From the NCBI GenBank assembly GCA_963827755.1, contig CAWHCQ010000021.1:1-64000 (forward strand): a stretch of DNA of 64,000 nt, written 5' to 3'. Each line of letters starts with the position of its first letter. Position 1 is the stretch's first letter. Of the stretch, positions 31,567-41,716 are shown piece after piece. The position numbers and the translations under genes are program-made. The notes under the pieces are model-generated. The model was not told where the DNA came from and did no database searches. It saw only the letters and a list, made by a program, of their open reading frames with translations. The stretch comes from an uncultured Gammaproteobacteria bacterium (GTDB lineage Bacteria; Pseudomonadota; Gammaproteobacteria; UBA9214).

Positions 31567-32937
31567 TTACTCGGCACCTTTCTTGTGATCGATGCCAAGC
31601 GCCCGTAATTTCCTGTAAAGATGTGTACGTTCCATGCCAACCCGCTTGGCAAGCTTGCCGACACTGCCGCCGACTTCTCGCAGCTGGTGCAGCAGGTAAT
31701 CATGCTCGAACTGCTCACGCGCTTCTCGCAATGGCAGATCATAGGAACTCTGCGAACTCTTCGCCGGCATGGCTGTGACCACATGCGTACTCAGGGCCTG
31801 CTCAATCTCGGGAACATCAATCTCGTCGCCCGAACCCAGGATCAGCAGGCGCTGCACCAGGTTCCTGAGCTCGCGGATGTTACCCGGCCACTCGTAGTTG
31901 CGTAAACGGTTCTGGGCGGCAACGTTGAAATGCCGGTAGGCCAGTCTTTCATGCGTAACCATCTGGTCGATAAAGAAATTCAGCAAATCGTGCACATCAT
32001 CGGCATGGTCCCGCAGGGCAGGGATATGCAGCGGAACCACGTTGAGATGATAGTACAGGTCATCGCGGAAACGTCCCGCGCTCACCTCTTCCTCCAGCTT
32101 GCCGTGGGTGGTAGCGATCACGCGCAAATCCACCTCAACCGCTTCTCTGCCCCCAAGACGCGTAAAGGAATGCGTCTGCAGCACGCTCAGCAGGCGCGTC
32201 TGCGTCTGCAGGTCCATGTCGGCAATATCACCGATACACAGGGTCCCGCCGTTGGCCTGCTCAAGCCTCCCGTAGTGTATGGTCTCACCGTTCTCGTGGC
32301 CGAACAGTTCGGCGGCGGAGTTCTCCTCGGAAATCGAACCGACTGCAATTTCCACAAAGGGTCCGTCGCGGCGCGGGCTTTGCTGGTGTATATAGCGTGC
32401 AAACGTTGCCTTACCGGCACCTGCCTCGCCACTGATCAATACCCAGCTGTTATGCTGCGCGATTTTACGTGCCTGCTCACGCAGCTCCTCCATAATTGCT
32501 GTCCGGCCGACGGGCTCTACAACCAGCTGCGTGTGCTCGCGCAAATCAACATTTTCCCGTTGCAGGCGGTCACTCTCAAACGCCCGCTCAACGGTCAGCA
32601 GCAGCTTGGCCAGCGAAATGGGTTTTTCGATAAAATCATAGGCGCCCAGGCGGGTAGCCTCGACGGCCGTTTCCACTGTCGCATGTCCCGACATCATCAC
32701 AATCGGGCAGGGCAGATCACCACCTTCAGACCACTCGCGCAGCAGGGAGATGCCATCCACATCTCCCATCCAGATGTCGAGCAGAACCAGATCCGGCCGC
32801 CGTGCACGCCTGGCATCGCGGGCGGCCTCGCCGGAATCAGCCGTGGTCACCGTGTAACCCTCATCCTCGAGGATCTCCTGTACCAGATTGCGGATATCCG
32901 GCTCGTCATCGACTACAAGAATGTGGCGACCTGACAT
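31567..32937 (-). CDS. ntrX: NtrX-like response regulator (REC-AAA+-Fis HTH)
   Basis: LDIWM, FRDDLYYHLNVVP, WPGNIREL and GMERTHLYRKL; GAFTGA absent; conserved rsmB-DUF4390-ntrYX-trkAH order. Confidence 0.85.
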   Translation of the reverse strand: MSGRHILVVDDEPDIRNLVQEILEDEGYTVTTADSGEAARDARRARRPDLVLLDIWMGDVDGISLLREWSEGGDLPCPIVMMSGHATVETAVEATRLGAYDFIEKPISLAKLLLTVERAFESDRLQRENVDLREHTQLVVEPVGRTAIMEELREQARKIAQHNSWVLISGEAGAGKATFARYIHQQSPRRDGPFVEIAVGSISEENSAAELFGHENGETIHYGRLEQANGGTLCIGDIADMDLQTQTRLLSVLQTHSFTRLGGREAVEVDLRVIATTHGKLEEEVSAGRFRDDLYYHLNVVPLHIPALRDHADDVHDLLNFFIDQMVTHERLAYRHFNVAAQNRLRNYEWPGNIRELRNLVQRLLILGSGDEIDVPEIEQALSTHVVTAMPAKSSQSSYDLPLREAREQFEHDYLLHQLREVGGSVGKLAKRVGMERTHLYRKLRALGIDHKKGAE

Positions 32938-33035
32938 ATTGTTTTTTTCCGTTATTAAACCAGCCCGTTGATCAGGATACTGCGACGCCCGGTCTCGAGT
33001 GTTCATTATAGCCCACCCTTGCCGGCAGTCTGCGT

Positions 33036-35258
33036 TTAACTGGACGTATGGCGCTCAAGGTTATCAACCATGACATCCTCATTCAGCATTTGCAGTCGAA
33101 TTTGAATCAGGGCACCACCGTGCTCCCCGTTTTCTACAGTGATGAAGCCGCCATGCTCTTCGACGATTTTCTTCACGATGGCAAGGCCCAGGCCGCTGCC
33201 TTTCGGCTTGGTTGAGATATAGGGTTCAAAAACGTTATCGAGCATACCCGCCGCAAACCCCGGACCATTATCACTCACAGTTAACTCAATATAACCCGCC
33301 CCGCCGGCCTGCACGGTACTGGTAGCAACGCTAACACGTGCATCCGGCTTGCCATTAACAGCTTCCAGCCCGTTTTTAACAAGGTTATGCAGCAATTGCC
33401 TGAGTCGCCCGGCATCACCTTCTATGCGGGCAGGATCCGCATGCAGTTGTTTTACTATCTTCGTGTTCAGGTCACTGCCGCTATACAGGTCCATGACTTC
33501 AGTGACGACGTCGTTCAGGTCGATCGGTTCCAGGCTCAGCTTCGGGGCGCGTGCATATTCACTGAATGCGTTGACCATTTTCTTCATCGCCTCAACCTGG
33601 CTGACGATGGTGCGCGTTGCCCGGTCAAGAAACTCGGAATCTTCCTTGTCCATATTTGCAAGATAACGGTGACGCAGGCGCTCTGCCGAGAGCTGTATTG
33701 GCGTCAGCGGATTCTTGATCTCATGGGCCAGCCGACGAGCCACCTCACCCCATGCAGCGTCACGTTCTGCCTGTATTAAAGCCGTAATATCGTCAAACAC
33801 GATGACCTGGTCTCCCTGCCGCTTGCCGTGAACCTGGAAATCGGTGCCGCGACACATAAGTACCTGGCGACCACCTGCACCAAACAGGGAAACCTCCTCC
33901 TGCCAGGTCTTGTCCTGTTTGCCACGATGGCGCAGAATAACGTCGATAAACGGCTTCAGGTACAAATGATCTTCCGCTATGCCCGGAAGCGCCTTGCCCA
34001 TATACCCCTTGAAGTCGACACCGAGACTTTGTCTCGCGGTGCGGTTCACCGCGCGCACGGCCATATCGGCATCAAGACTTATCACCCCCGATGACAGGTT
34101 TGCGAGGACCACCTCGAGGTAAGCACGCTGACCTTCAATCTGCTGCTGCCCGCGGCGCGCCTGGTTACGCGCCTTTTCGAGACGACGGGTCATATCATTG
34201 AACGAACGCACCAGGAACCCCAGTTCATCCTCACTGGCTACCGGCAAACGCTTGCTGTAATCACCCTCGGCCACAGCATGCGTCGCTTCTGCCAGGTCAC
34301 TGATCGGTGCCGCCAGGCGCCGGGCCGAGTGGAATGCCGCCCAGATCGCAGCCAGCAGACTCAGTACCAGCACGATAGACAGGGTCAGGGTATAGCTGAA
34401 CTTGAGTGGCATACGCAGGTATGCCAGTTCCTTGTAACGTGTCAGAGCAGTCTGCACACTATCTGCCAGCAAGCTGAAACGCTCTGAAACCGGGTACATT
34501 GCCTGCAGGGTATACACTCCGTGATCCTGCCGGGATGATGTTATAGGTATCAGCGCCCGCGCATATAATCCTGACTCACCAACCGGGTCCAGCCCGATAT
34601 AGTGCTGCCCCTTGCGCATGATCAACATCATTTCAGTTGTCGGCTGACTCGGTACTATATCCGTCAAGTCGGCACTGCTGTGAGCAATAGAACGCCCTTC
34701 ACCGTCAAACAGGGTCAGCTCCGAAGCGCCACTCCTGACCCTCTGATCATATAGATCGAGGGAAATCGTCGCAGCGGGTGATTTGGACAGTTCTTCCGCC
34801 ATACGCCAGGTTTGCTCGAGGACATCACTGAGACGCACATCCAGCGCAGCACGGCTGAGAACCAGCGCATCGTCCAGTCCCTGCTCGATACGCGCATCGA
34901 ACCAGCTGTCGATACCCCGGTGAAGAAACTGCAATGAAAAATAATAAACGACAGAAACCGGGACCACTGCCAGGATCACGAACATGATCACCAGGCGGGT
35001 CGTCATCATCGCACCCGGAGCCTTGTTTCGTTGCCGGCCTATCAGCCAGATGAGGTTGGCAACGACCAGTGCACCGAGGATTATCAGGGCGGCCGCATTA
35101 ATGAGCAGCAACCAGGAATACATCTGTCCAAAGCGCTCTGAATTGTGGGTGGCGTTACTCATGTAGAAGAGTGACACCAGCAGGAGCACAAACAGCACCA
35201 GCATCGGCAGCGTACCGCGCCCGGCCCGGCTCAACGGTCCAGAGACCATACGTACCAC
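33036..35258 (-). CDS. ntrY: NtrY-like sensor histidine kinase (HAMP-PAS-HisKA)
   Basis: GIDSWFD, AWGEVARRLAHEIKNPLTPIQLSAERL and GSGLGL. Confidence 0.87.
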   Translation of the reverse strand: MVRMVSGPLSRAGRGTLPMLVLFVLLLVSLFYMSNATHNSERFGQMYSWLLLINAAALIILGALVVANLIWLIGRQRNKAPGAMMTTRLVIMFVILAVVPVSVVYYFSLQFLHRGIDSWFDARIEQGLDDALVLSRAALDVRLSDVLEQTWRMAEELSKSPAATISLDLYDQRVRSGASELTLFDGEGRSIAHSSADLTDIVPSQPTTEMMLIMRKGQHYIGLDPVGESGLYARALIPITSSRQDHGVYTLQAMYPVSERFSLLADSVQTALTRYKELAYLRMPLKFSYTLTLSIVLVLSLLAAIWAAFHSARRLAAPISDLAEATHAVAEGDYSKRLPVASEDELGFLVRSFNDMTRRLEKARNQARRGQQQIEGQRAYLEVVLANLSSGVISLDADMAVRAVNRTARQSLGVDFKGYMGKALPGIAEDHLYLKPFIDVILRHRGKQDKTWQEEVSLFGAGGRQVLMCRGTDFQVHGKRQGDQVIVFDDITALIQAERDAAWGEVARRLAHEIKNPLTPIQLSAERLRHRYLANMDKEDSEFLDRATRTIVSQVEAMKKMVNAFSEYARAPKLSLEPIDLNDVVTEVMDLYSGSDLNTKIVKQLHADPARIEGDAGRLRQLLHNLVKNGLEAVNGKPDARVSVATSTVQAGGAGYIELTVSDNGPGFAAGMLDNVFEPYISTKPKGSGLGLAIVKKIVEEHGGFITVENGEHGGALIQIRLQMLNEDVMVDNLERHTSS

Positions 35259-35821
35259 TCGCTGCTCATGTCCCAGACAGAAGACACATAGGCAATCAGG
35301 CGCACGGGTGTGGGCAGTGACTCGATATCAAGACTGCCGCGCAAGCGTATTTTATAACTGGCTGCATCATCGATGAGCTGCCCATCGGACAGTAACAGGC
35401 CTTCGATTGCACCGGCCGCATCCATTGCATCCGAGAGTCTGCGGAAATTCCGCTGCGTACCTGCATTGATATCCTTCACAACATAGGTGCGGCTCAAATC
35501 GTGATACTGGATCTGGCGGACCTGTTTCAGCTCGACCTTGACCGTGTCCCAGAACCAGAGGTGCGCCCTGACCAGTTGCACCTGCAGGTCAAAGACGAGC
35601 GGAACACCGTTTTCCAGCGCCTCTTTCGCACCCGAACTCAGGGTAATGGAGAACTGGCCGTCAAGCAGAAACCCGTCGCCCGTATCGGGCTCGGTGACCT
35701 GTGCATACAGTGCCCGGAAGGCGCCCGCTTCGGCAGCATACGACTGGGGAATACAACAGAGGGTACTGGCGGCAAGCAGCACCGCAAGCAACTGTTTCAG
35801 TCGCGTGGTTAAAGCGGGCAT
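35231..35821 (-). CDS. DUF4390 family exported protein
   Basis: Signal peptide, EALENGVPL and LDIESLPTPVRL; lies between rsmB and ntrY. Confidence 0.82.
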   Translation of the reverse strand: MPALTTRLKQLLAVLLAASTLCCIPQSYAAEAGAFRALYAQVTEPDTGDGFLLDGQFSITLSSGAKEALENGVPLVFDLQVQLVRAHLWFWDTVKVELKQVRQIQYHDLSRTYVVKDINAGTQRNFRRLSDAMDAAGAIEGLLLSDGQLIDDAASYKIRLRGSLDIESLPTPVRLIAYVSSVWDMSSEWYVWSLDR

Positions 35822-35835
35822 GGCCGGGTCGCCGG

Positions 35836-37140
35836 CTATTCGGCCTTCTGCAAACATGCGAAATAAAATCCATCCATTTCATTGTCACCCGGCAGGATCT
35901 GCCTGCCATACCTGCAGGCATGCCCCCACGATGCATCGAGCGGTATTTCCGCGGCATCCGCCTGCTGTCCCAGGAAACGTTCAATCTGGTCACTGTTTTC
36001 TGCTGCCAGTACAGAACAAGTGCTGTACAGGAGCATACCGTCTGGAGAGAGCAAGGGCCACAAGGACTGCAGCAGCACCTGCTGCCTGGAAACCAGCGGC
36101 ATGACGTCACCCGGCTTGCGCAATAACTTGATATCCGGGTGCCGGCGGATGACGCCGGTCGCCGTACACGGGGCATCCAGCAGGATACGGTCGTAGCAAA
36201 CACCATCCCACCAGGTCGACGGCATGGCGGCATCCGCCGCAACAAGATCCGCTCTCAGCCCGAGACGCGAAAGGTTTTCCGCGACGCGTTCGAGACGCGA
36301 CCCGTCTATATCGATCGCAGTCAGCCCGGCGAGTTCAATGCCACTCTCGAGTATGTGTGCAGTCTTGCCGCCGGGCGCCGCGCAGGCATCGAGTACGCGC
36401 TGACCGGGTTTGGCTGCAAGCAACCCGGCTGCCAGCTGTGCGGCACCATCCTGTACCGAAACGAAACCCTCGGAAAAACCCGGCAGGGCCTCAACCGACA
36501 CCGGCTTGTCCAGCAAAATACCCTCGGGAGCAATCAATGGAGTCGCATCCAGCGACCGCCCGGAGAGGATCTCCAGGTATTCATCACGCGTTATGCGTTG
36601 CCGGTTGACCCGCAAACTGAAAGGAGGGCGCCTGTTGTTGGCAGCAAGAATCGCCGGCCAGTCATTCGGCCAGTCCGCTTGCAGGGCTTCTATCAACCAG
36701 CCGGGGTGTGCATGGCGGGCCTGCGGCTGTGTGCTGATCACAGACTCGATGTCCGCTGCCCGGCGCTGATAGTTGCGCATCACACCGTTGACCAGGCCAG
36801 TGGCCCAGGACTTGTCCAGTGCCCGGACAGCCTGCACGGTTTCGTGTACTGCAACCCGCTGCGGCATGGCAAGCTGGTCAAGCTGGTACAGCCCTGTTAA
36901 CAGCAAACAGTGCAAATCGGCATCACGTTGCTTCAGTGGCTTGCGCAGCAGCTGCAGCAGTATTGCATCGAGCCTGTAATACCAGCGCAATGTACCGTAT
37001 GCAAGTTCCTGCAGCAGCGCCCGCTGGCGGCCATCCGGCAGCGGCTCCAGACCCCCGGGCAGGGCATCGGCCAGTGAGCAGCCATCGGCAATAATCCGGG
37101 CAAGTACGCGTGCCGCCCGGGCGCGCACGTCCAGCGTCAT
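35836..37140 (-). CDS. rsmB: 16S rRNA m5C967 methyltransferase
   Basis: NusB-like N-terminus, DACAAPGGKT, DAPCTATG..RRHPD and YSTCS. Confidence 0.96.
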   Translation of the reverse strand: MTLDVRARAARVLARIIADGCSLADALPGGLEPLPDGRQRALLQELAYGTLRWYYRLDAILLQLLRKPLKQRDADLHCLLLTGLYQLDQLAMPQRVAVHETVQAVRALDKSWATGLVNGVMRNYQRRAADIESVISTQPQARHAHPGWLIEALQADWPNDWPAILAANNRRPPFSLRVNRQRITRDEYLEILSGRSLDATPLIAPEGILLDKPVSVEALPGFSEGFVSVQDGAAQLAAGLLAAKPGQRVLDACAAPGGKTAHILESGIELAGLTAIDIDGSRLERVAENLSRLGLRADLVAADAAMPSTWWDGVCYDRILLDAPCTATGVIRRHPDIKLLRKPGDVMPLVSRQQVLLQSLWPLLSPDGMLLYSTCSVLAAENSDQIERFLGQQADAAEIPLDASWGHACRYGRQILPGDNEMDGFYFACLQKAE

Positions 37141-37161
37141 ATGTCGATCACTGGTAGCAAT

Positions 37162-38094
37162 TCAGTCACCTCCAAGGTAATCGCCTTGCAGGGAATGTGC
37201 ATTGATAAAATCCCTGGCGGCCACGGGGCGGGCACCGGGCAACTGCACACTGAGCAGCCGCAAACAGCCCTTGCCGCAGGCCACGTCGATGCCGGATGGT
37301 GTCGCCAGGACAACCAGGCCCGGATCGGCATGCGGCTCGACATCCAGCGGCAAGGCCTCCCAGATACGCAACTGCCGGCCCCGGTAGCGGGTCTCGGCCA
37401 CCGGCCACGAATTAAAGGCACGCACCTGCAGCGCAAGTTCACTGGCGGGGCGCTTCCAGTCGATCAGGGCCTCGCTTTTCTCGAGCTTGCCGGCATAGGT
37501 GACCAGCCGCTCATCCTGTGCCTGCGGGACCAGCGCGGACTGCTCCAGGGCAGTGAGCTTGGCGCACAGCAGTTCTGCGCCCAGCTTCGCCAGCCTGTCA
37601 TGCAGGCGGCTGCCGGTGTCATCCGCTGTAATCGGGCAGCGTGCAGATGCAAGCAGCGGACCGCTGTCCAGGCCTTCCTCCATTTGCATCAGGCTCACGC
37701 CGGTCTCGCGGTCGCCGGCATAAATGGCACGCTGGATCGGCGCCGCACCGCGCCAGCGCGGCAGCAGGGAGGCATGCACGTTGACGCAGCCCAGCCGGGG
37801 CATTTCCAGCACGGCGGGCGGGAGAATCAAACCGTAGGCAACGACCACCATCAAATCGGCCTGCAGTGCCGCAAGCGCCGCCTGTGACTGCGCTGTCTTC
37901 AGGCTGGCCGGCTGAAACACCGGCACCTTGAATTTCATTGCCAGCTGCTTGACCGGGCTCTCGCTGGTGCGTCGGCCGCGGCCGGCCGGCCGGTCGGGCT
38001 GGGTGTACACCGCTACCAGCTGGTGCGGGCCGTCGAGCAGGCACTGCAGGGTCGGCAAGGAAAAATCAGGTGTCCCGGCAAAGACGATCTTCAT
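37162..38094 (-). CDS. fmt: Methionyl-tRNA formyltransferase
   Basis: [17 protein letters not shown] and [16 protein letters not shown]. Confidence 0.97.
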   Translation of the reverse strand: MKIVFAGTPDFSLPTLQCLLDGPHQLVAVYTQPDRPAGRGRRTSESPVKQLAMKFKVPVFQPASLKTAQSQAALAALQADLMVVVAYGLILPPAVLEMPRLGCVNVHASLLPRWRGAAPIQRAIYAGDRETGVSLMQMEEGLDSGPLLASARCPITADDTGSRLHDRLAKLGAELLCAKLTALEQSALVPQAQDERLVTYAGKLEKSEALIDWKRPASELALQVRAFNSWPVAETRYRGRQLRIWEALPLDVEPHADPGLVVLATPSGIDVACGKGCLRLLSVQLPGARPVAARDFINAHSLQGDYLGGD

Positions 38095-38172
38095 GGCTGC
38101 ATCCGCAGGGTAGGTGTACGGTTTTCAGGGACGGTGACGAAGGCAGGGCGTGGCAGCACGCCGGCAGGGGTG

Positions 38173-38730
38173 CTAAATGACCGGCTTGCCAGCCGGTTCA
38201 GGGCTGGCCAGCGGGGCCCGGTGCTGCACTTTCTCCAGTTTTTCCTCTTTTTCCAGTTTTTTGCGAATGCGTTTCTGCTTCAACTGCGACAAATAGTCGA
38301 CGAATAACTTGCCATCGAGGTGATCGATCTCATGCTGGATACAGACTGCCAGCAGGCCATCTGCCTGGAGTTCAAACAAGCGGCCCTCCCGGTCCAGGGC
38401 CTGCATTTTGACCCGGTCAGCACGCTGCACCATCTCGAACACGCCGGGCACCGAAAGGCAGCCCTCGTCCATTTCCTCGATACCCTCAAGTTCCGTAATT
38501 TCCGGATTAATCAGGTATAAAGGCTGGTTTCTTTCTTCCGATATATCAATTACGACCACACGCCTGTCGACATTGACCTGCGTGGCGGCGAGACCGATGC
38601 CGGGTGCCGCGTACATGGTTTCCAGCATATCATCAAGCAGCTGGCGCACCGTGTCATCCACCCGGTTTACCGGTTTGGCAATGGTGCGCAGGCGCGGGTC
38701 TGGATAATGCAGGATTTTCAGTATGGCCAT
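38173..38730 (-). CDS. def: Peptide deformylase
   Basis: [13 protein letters not shown] and QHEIDHLDG. Confidence 0.97.
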   Translation of the reverse strand: MAILKILHYPDPRLRTIAKPVNRVDDTVRQLLDDMLETMYAAPGIGLAATQVNVDRRVVVIDISEERNQPLYLINPEITELEGIEEMDEGCLSVPGVFEMVQRADRVKMQALDREGRLFELQADGLLAVCIQHEIDHLDGKLFVDYLSQLKQKRIRKKLEKEEKLEKVQHRAPLASPEPAGKPVI

Positions 38731-38935
38731 GTGATTGCTGTCACGAATCGGAAAAGTCGCTTGCCCGTACTCTAGCATAATCTGCAATATAGCGGTCGGC
38801 TGCGGGACAAAAGGTTTTGTTTTGCGTAGAATTTCCGCTAGACTCGCGCCTAGCCGGAATGATACGGCCGAAAGGTTTTGCAGCTATCGCAAACTTGACA
38901 GGGCTCGATACAAACTCGACGTAAAGGGACATCCA

Positions 38936-39961
38936 ATGCCAATCAAGAAATTGTTCGCAATGGTCTTTGCATTACTGCTCGCCGGCCAGATCCTTGCAAC
39001 CGATGTGGTACTCAACCCGGACCACCCGGATCACTATGTCGTGGTCAAGGGCGATACCCTCTGGGACATTTCTGCCATGTTTCTGCGCGATCCGTGGCTG
39101 TGGCCTGAAATCTGGTACGTCAACCCGCAGATCGCTAATCCGCATCTGATATATCCCGGCGATCTCCTGACACTGGTCTATGTCGACGGCAAACCACAGC
39201 TGCGCCTGACGCGAGGGGACCTGAAACTCAGCCCGCGCATCCGCGCTGAAAGCCTGGAAAGTGCCATCCCGACGATTCCGCTGGATGCCATCAAACAATT
39301 CCTCACCCGGACAATCGTGGTTGACAAGGATGAACTGGATAACGCGCCCTATGTTCTGCAGAGTGCCGACGAACATGTAATCAGCGGTGCGGGAGACCGT
39401 ATCTACGCGCGCGGCATCGAGGGCAGGGATTATGCCATGTTTGACATCTACGAAAAGGGTGATGCCTATATCGATCCGGATACCCTGGAGGAACTGGGTT
39501 ATGCGGCACTGTATATCGGCACCGGGCCGGTGCAGCGTTTTGGTGATCCGACCACACTGCTGCTGACTGAAACAACCCGTGAAGTTCGTGCAGGACACCG
39601 CCTGCGCCCCGCGGAAAGCGGCAATCCGGTCCTGTATTTCCAGCCGCACCCGACACCGCCCGGTACCGAGGGCCATATCATCGCGGTCATTGACGGCGTT
39701 ACCCAGATCGGCCAGTTCAATGTCGTCGCCCTCGACCTGGGCACCCGCGAAGGTATGGAAATCGGCCACGTGATGCGCGTCTTCCAGAAGGGTGACATCA
39801 TTCGTGACCGGTTCAGCGGCATACGCCTCGACAAGGTGAAATTGCCGGACGAGGAGGCAGGCCTGGTGATGATATTCCGCACCTTCGAAAAAGTCAGTTT
39901 CGGCCTGGTCATGAAGGCAACCAGGCCTATTCACATCAATGATTTTGTGCGTACCCCCTGA
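38936..39961 (+). CDS. LysM peptidoglycan-binding protein (TsaP-like)
   Basis: Signal peptide, YVVVKGDTLWDIS...WPEIW..NPQIANPHLIYPGD; lies between def and dprA. Confidence 0.9.
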   Translation: MPIKKLFAMVFALLLAGQILATDVVLNPDHPDHYVVVKGDTLWDISAMFLRDPWLWPEIWYVNPQIANPHLIYPGDLLTLVYVDGKPQLRLTRGDLKLSPRIRAESLESAIPTIPLDAIKQFLTRTIVVDKDELDNAPYVLQSADEHVISGAGDRIYARGIEGRDYAMFDIYEKGDAYIDPDTLEELGYAALYIGTGPVQRFGDPTTLLLTETTREVRAGHRLRPAESGNPVLYFQPHPTPPGTEGHIIAVIDGVTQIGQFNVVALDLGTREGMEIGHVMRVFQKGDIIRDRFSGIRLDKVKLPDEEAGLVMIFRTFEKVSFGLVMKATRPIHINDFVRTP

Positions 39962-40047
39962 CGGGCACACAGACACAAACCACACCAGGGAAGGTGAACA
40001 AGTGAGACATCAACCAGCCAATCAGGGATAACGGAGCGGCCAGCCGC

Positions 40048-41184
40048 ATGGCAGTCACTCCCGCATCCCCGCAATCCACGGACACCCTCACTGACTGGCT
40101 TGCCCTGTGCCAGGCACCCGGTGCAGGCAGCGCCACCATCCGGCGCCTGCTGGACAGCTTTGCCATACCGGCGGACGTGCTCAAGGCCAGTAGCGGACAA
40201 TTACGTCAGCTCGGCCTGAAACAAGCGGCGATCGATGCCCTGCGCAAGCCGGATGAACAATCGATTACCCGTGATCTGCAATGGGCTGAGAAAGCAGACA
40301 ATCACATCATCACCTGCCTTGATCCGGCCTATCCCGTCCTGTTACTGGAACTGCCCGACCCGCCGCCACTGCTCTATGTGCATGGCAGTGTCAGCCTGCT
40401 GAGTGAACCGCAACTGGCGATAGTCGGCAGTCGTAACCCGAGCAGTTCCGGCGAGCAAACGGCGATTGACTTCGCCCGTCACCTGGCTGCCGCCGGACTG
40501 ATCATTACCAGTGGACTGGCACTGGGTATCGATGCCGCCAGTCACCGGGGCGCACTTGATGTGAATGCGCCGACGATTGCAGTAATGGGCACCGGTCTCG
40601 ACCGGGTGTACCCGGCGCGCCACCGCGACCTGGCCCGGCAAATTGCCGAACAGGGCAGCCTGGTCTCCGAGTTCCCGACCGGCACTCCGCCAAAACCGGA
40701 AAATTTCCCGCAACGCAACCGCATTATCAGCGGGCTGAGCCTGGGGACACTGGTGGTTGAGGCGGCGATTCGCTCGGGTTCGTTGATCAGCGCCCGTTAT
40801 GCCATGGAACAGGGACGCGAGGTATTTGCCATCCCCGGCTCAATCCATAACCCGTTGGCAAGGGGCTGCCACCATCTGATTCGCCAGGGCGCAAAACTGG
40901 TCGAAACCGCCGAGGATGTCATTGATGAACTGGGTAGCCTGGCCGGCGCCTGTACGCCGCCGGGCTTGCCTGCGGAAACGGCCGGCAGCCCACAGCAACT
41001 TGGCGAGGAATACCAGCAACTGCTTGACGCAGTCGGTTTTGACCCGACATCCGTCGACCAGCTGGTGGAGCGCAGCCGATTGACGCCAGCCGAAGTTTCC
41101 TCCATGCTCCTGCAGCTGGAATTGAGCGGTTATATCGCTTCCAGCCAGGGCGGCCTCTATAACAGATTGAAAAACAAAGGTTAA
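40048..41184 (+). CDS. dprA: DNA-processing protein DprA
   Basis: AIVGSR, SGLALGID, FPQRNRIISG and SGSLISA. Confidence 0.96.
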   Translation: MAVTPASPQSTDTLTDWLALCQAPGAGSATIRRLLDSFAIPADVLKASSGQLRQLGLKQAAIDALRKPDEQSITRDLQWAEKADNHIITCLDPAYPVLLLELPDPPPLLYVHGSVSLLSEPQLAIVGSRNPSSSGEQTAIDFARHLAAAGLIITSGLALGIDAASHRGALDVNAPTIAVMGTGLDRVYPARHRDLARQIAEQGSLVSEFPTGTPPKPENFPQRNRIISGLSLGTLVVEAAIRSGSLISARYAMEQGREVFAIPGSIHNPLARGCHHLIRQGAKLVETAEDVIDELGSLAGACTPPGLPAETAGSPQQLGEEYQQLLDAVGFDPTSVDQLVERSRLTPAEVSSMLLQLELSGYIASSQGGLYNRLKNKG

Positions 41185-41186
41185 CC

Positions 41187-41660
41187 ATGAAAGAAAACGT
41201 CTTCGACGTCCTCATGTACCTGTTTGAAAACTACTACATGGACGATGACAATCCTGTCGTACCCGACCGTGATTCTGTCCAGCAGGAATTGAGCAAGGCC
41301 GGTTTCCCGCTAATGGAAATCGACCGTGCGTTCAACTGGATGGAGGGCCTGGCCACACTTCCGGCTGCACCCGCCATGCAGGCAAAACGCTCCATCCGCA
41401 TGTTTTCGGAGGCAGAGATGGGCTGGCTGGATACCGAGTGCCGCGGCTTCATCCTGTCCCTGGAGCAAATGGGTGTGTTGACACCCGCCAGCCGCGAACT
41501 GGCAATCGATCGTGCCATGGCACTGGAAAATGAATTTTTTGATATCGAGCAAATGAAATGGGTCATTCTCATGGTCCTGTTCAACCTGCCCGGAGAAGAG
41601 GCCGCCTATGCATGGGTGGAAGACCTGGTTTTTGACAACATGGTTAGCGGCCTGCATTAA
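41187..41660 (+). CDS. smg: Smg / DUF494 protein
   Basis: FDVLMYLFENY...KWVILMVLFN. Confidence 0.92.
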   Translation: MKENVFDVLMYLFENYYMDDDNPVVPDRDSVQQELSKAGFPLMEIDRAFNWMEGLATLPAAPAMQAKRSIRMFSEAEMGWLDTECRGFILSLEQMGVLTPASRELAIDRAMALENEFFDIEQMKWVILMVLFNLPGEEAAYAWVEDLVFDNMVSGLH

Positions 41661-41716
41661 AACTCCTTACATGATCAGCAGCCTGGCTGATCTGCCACAG
41701 TGTGTCTGACTGCCCT

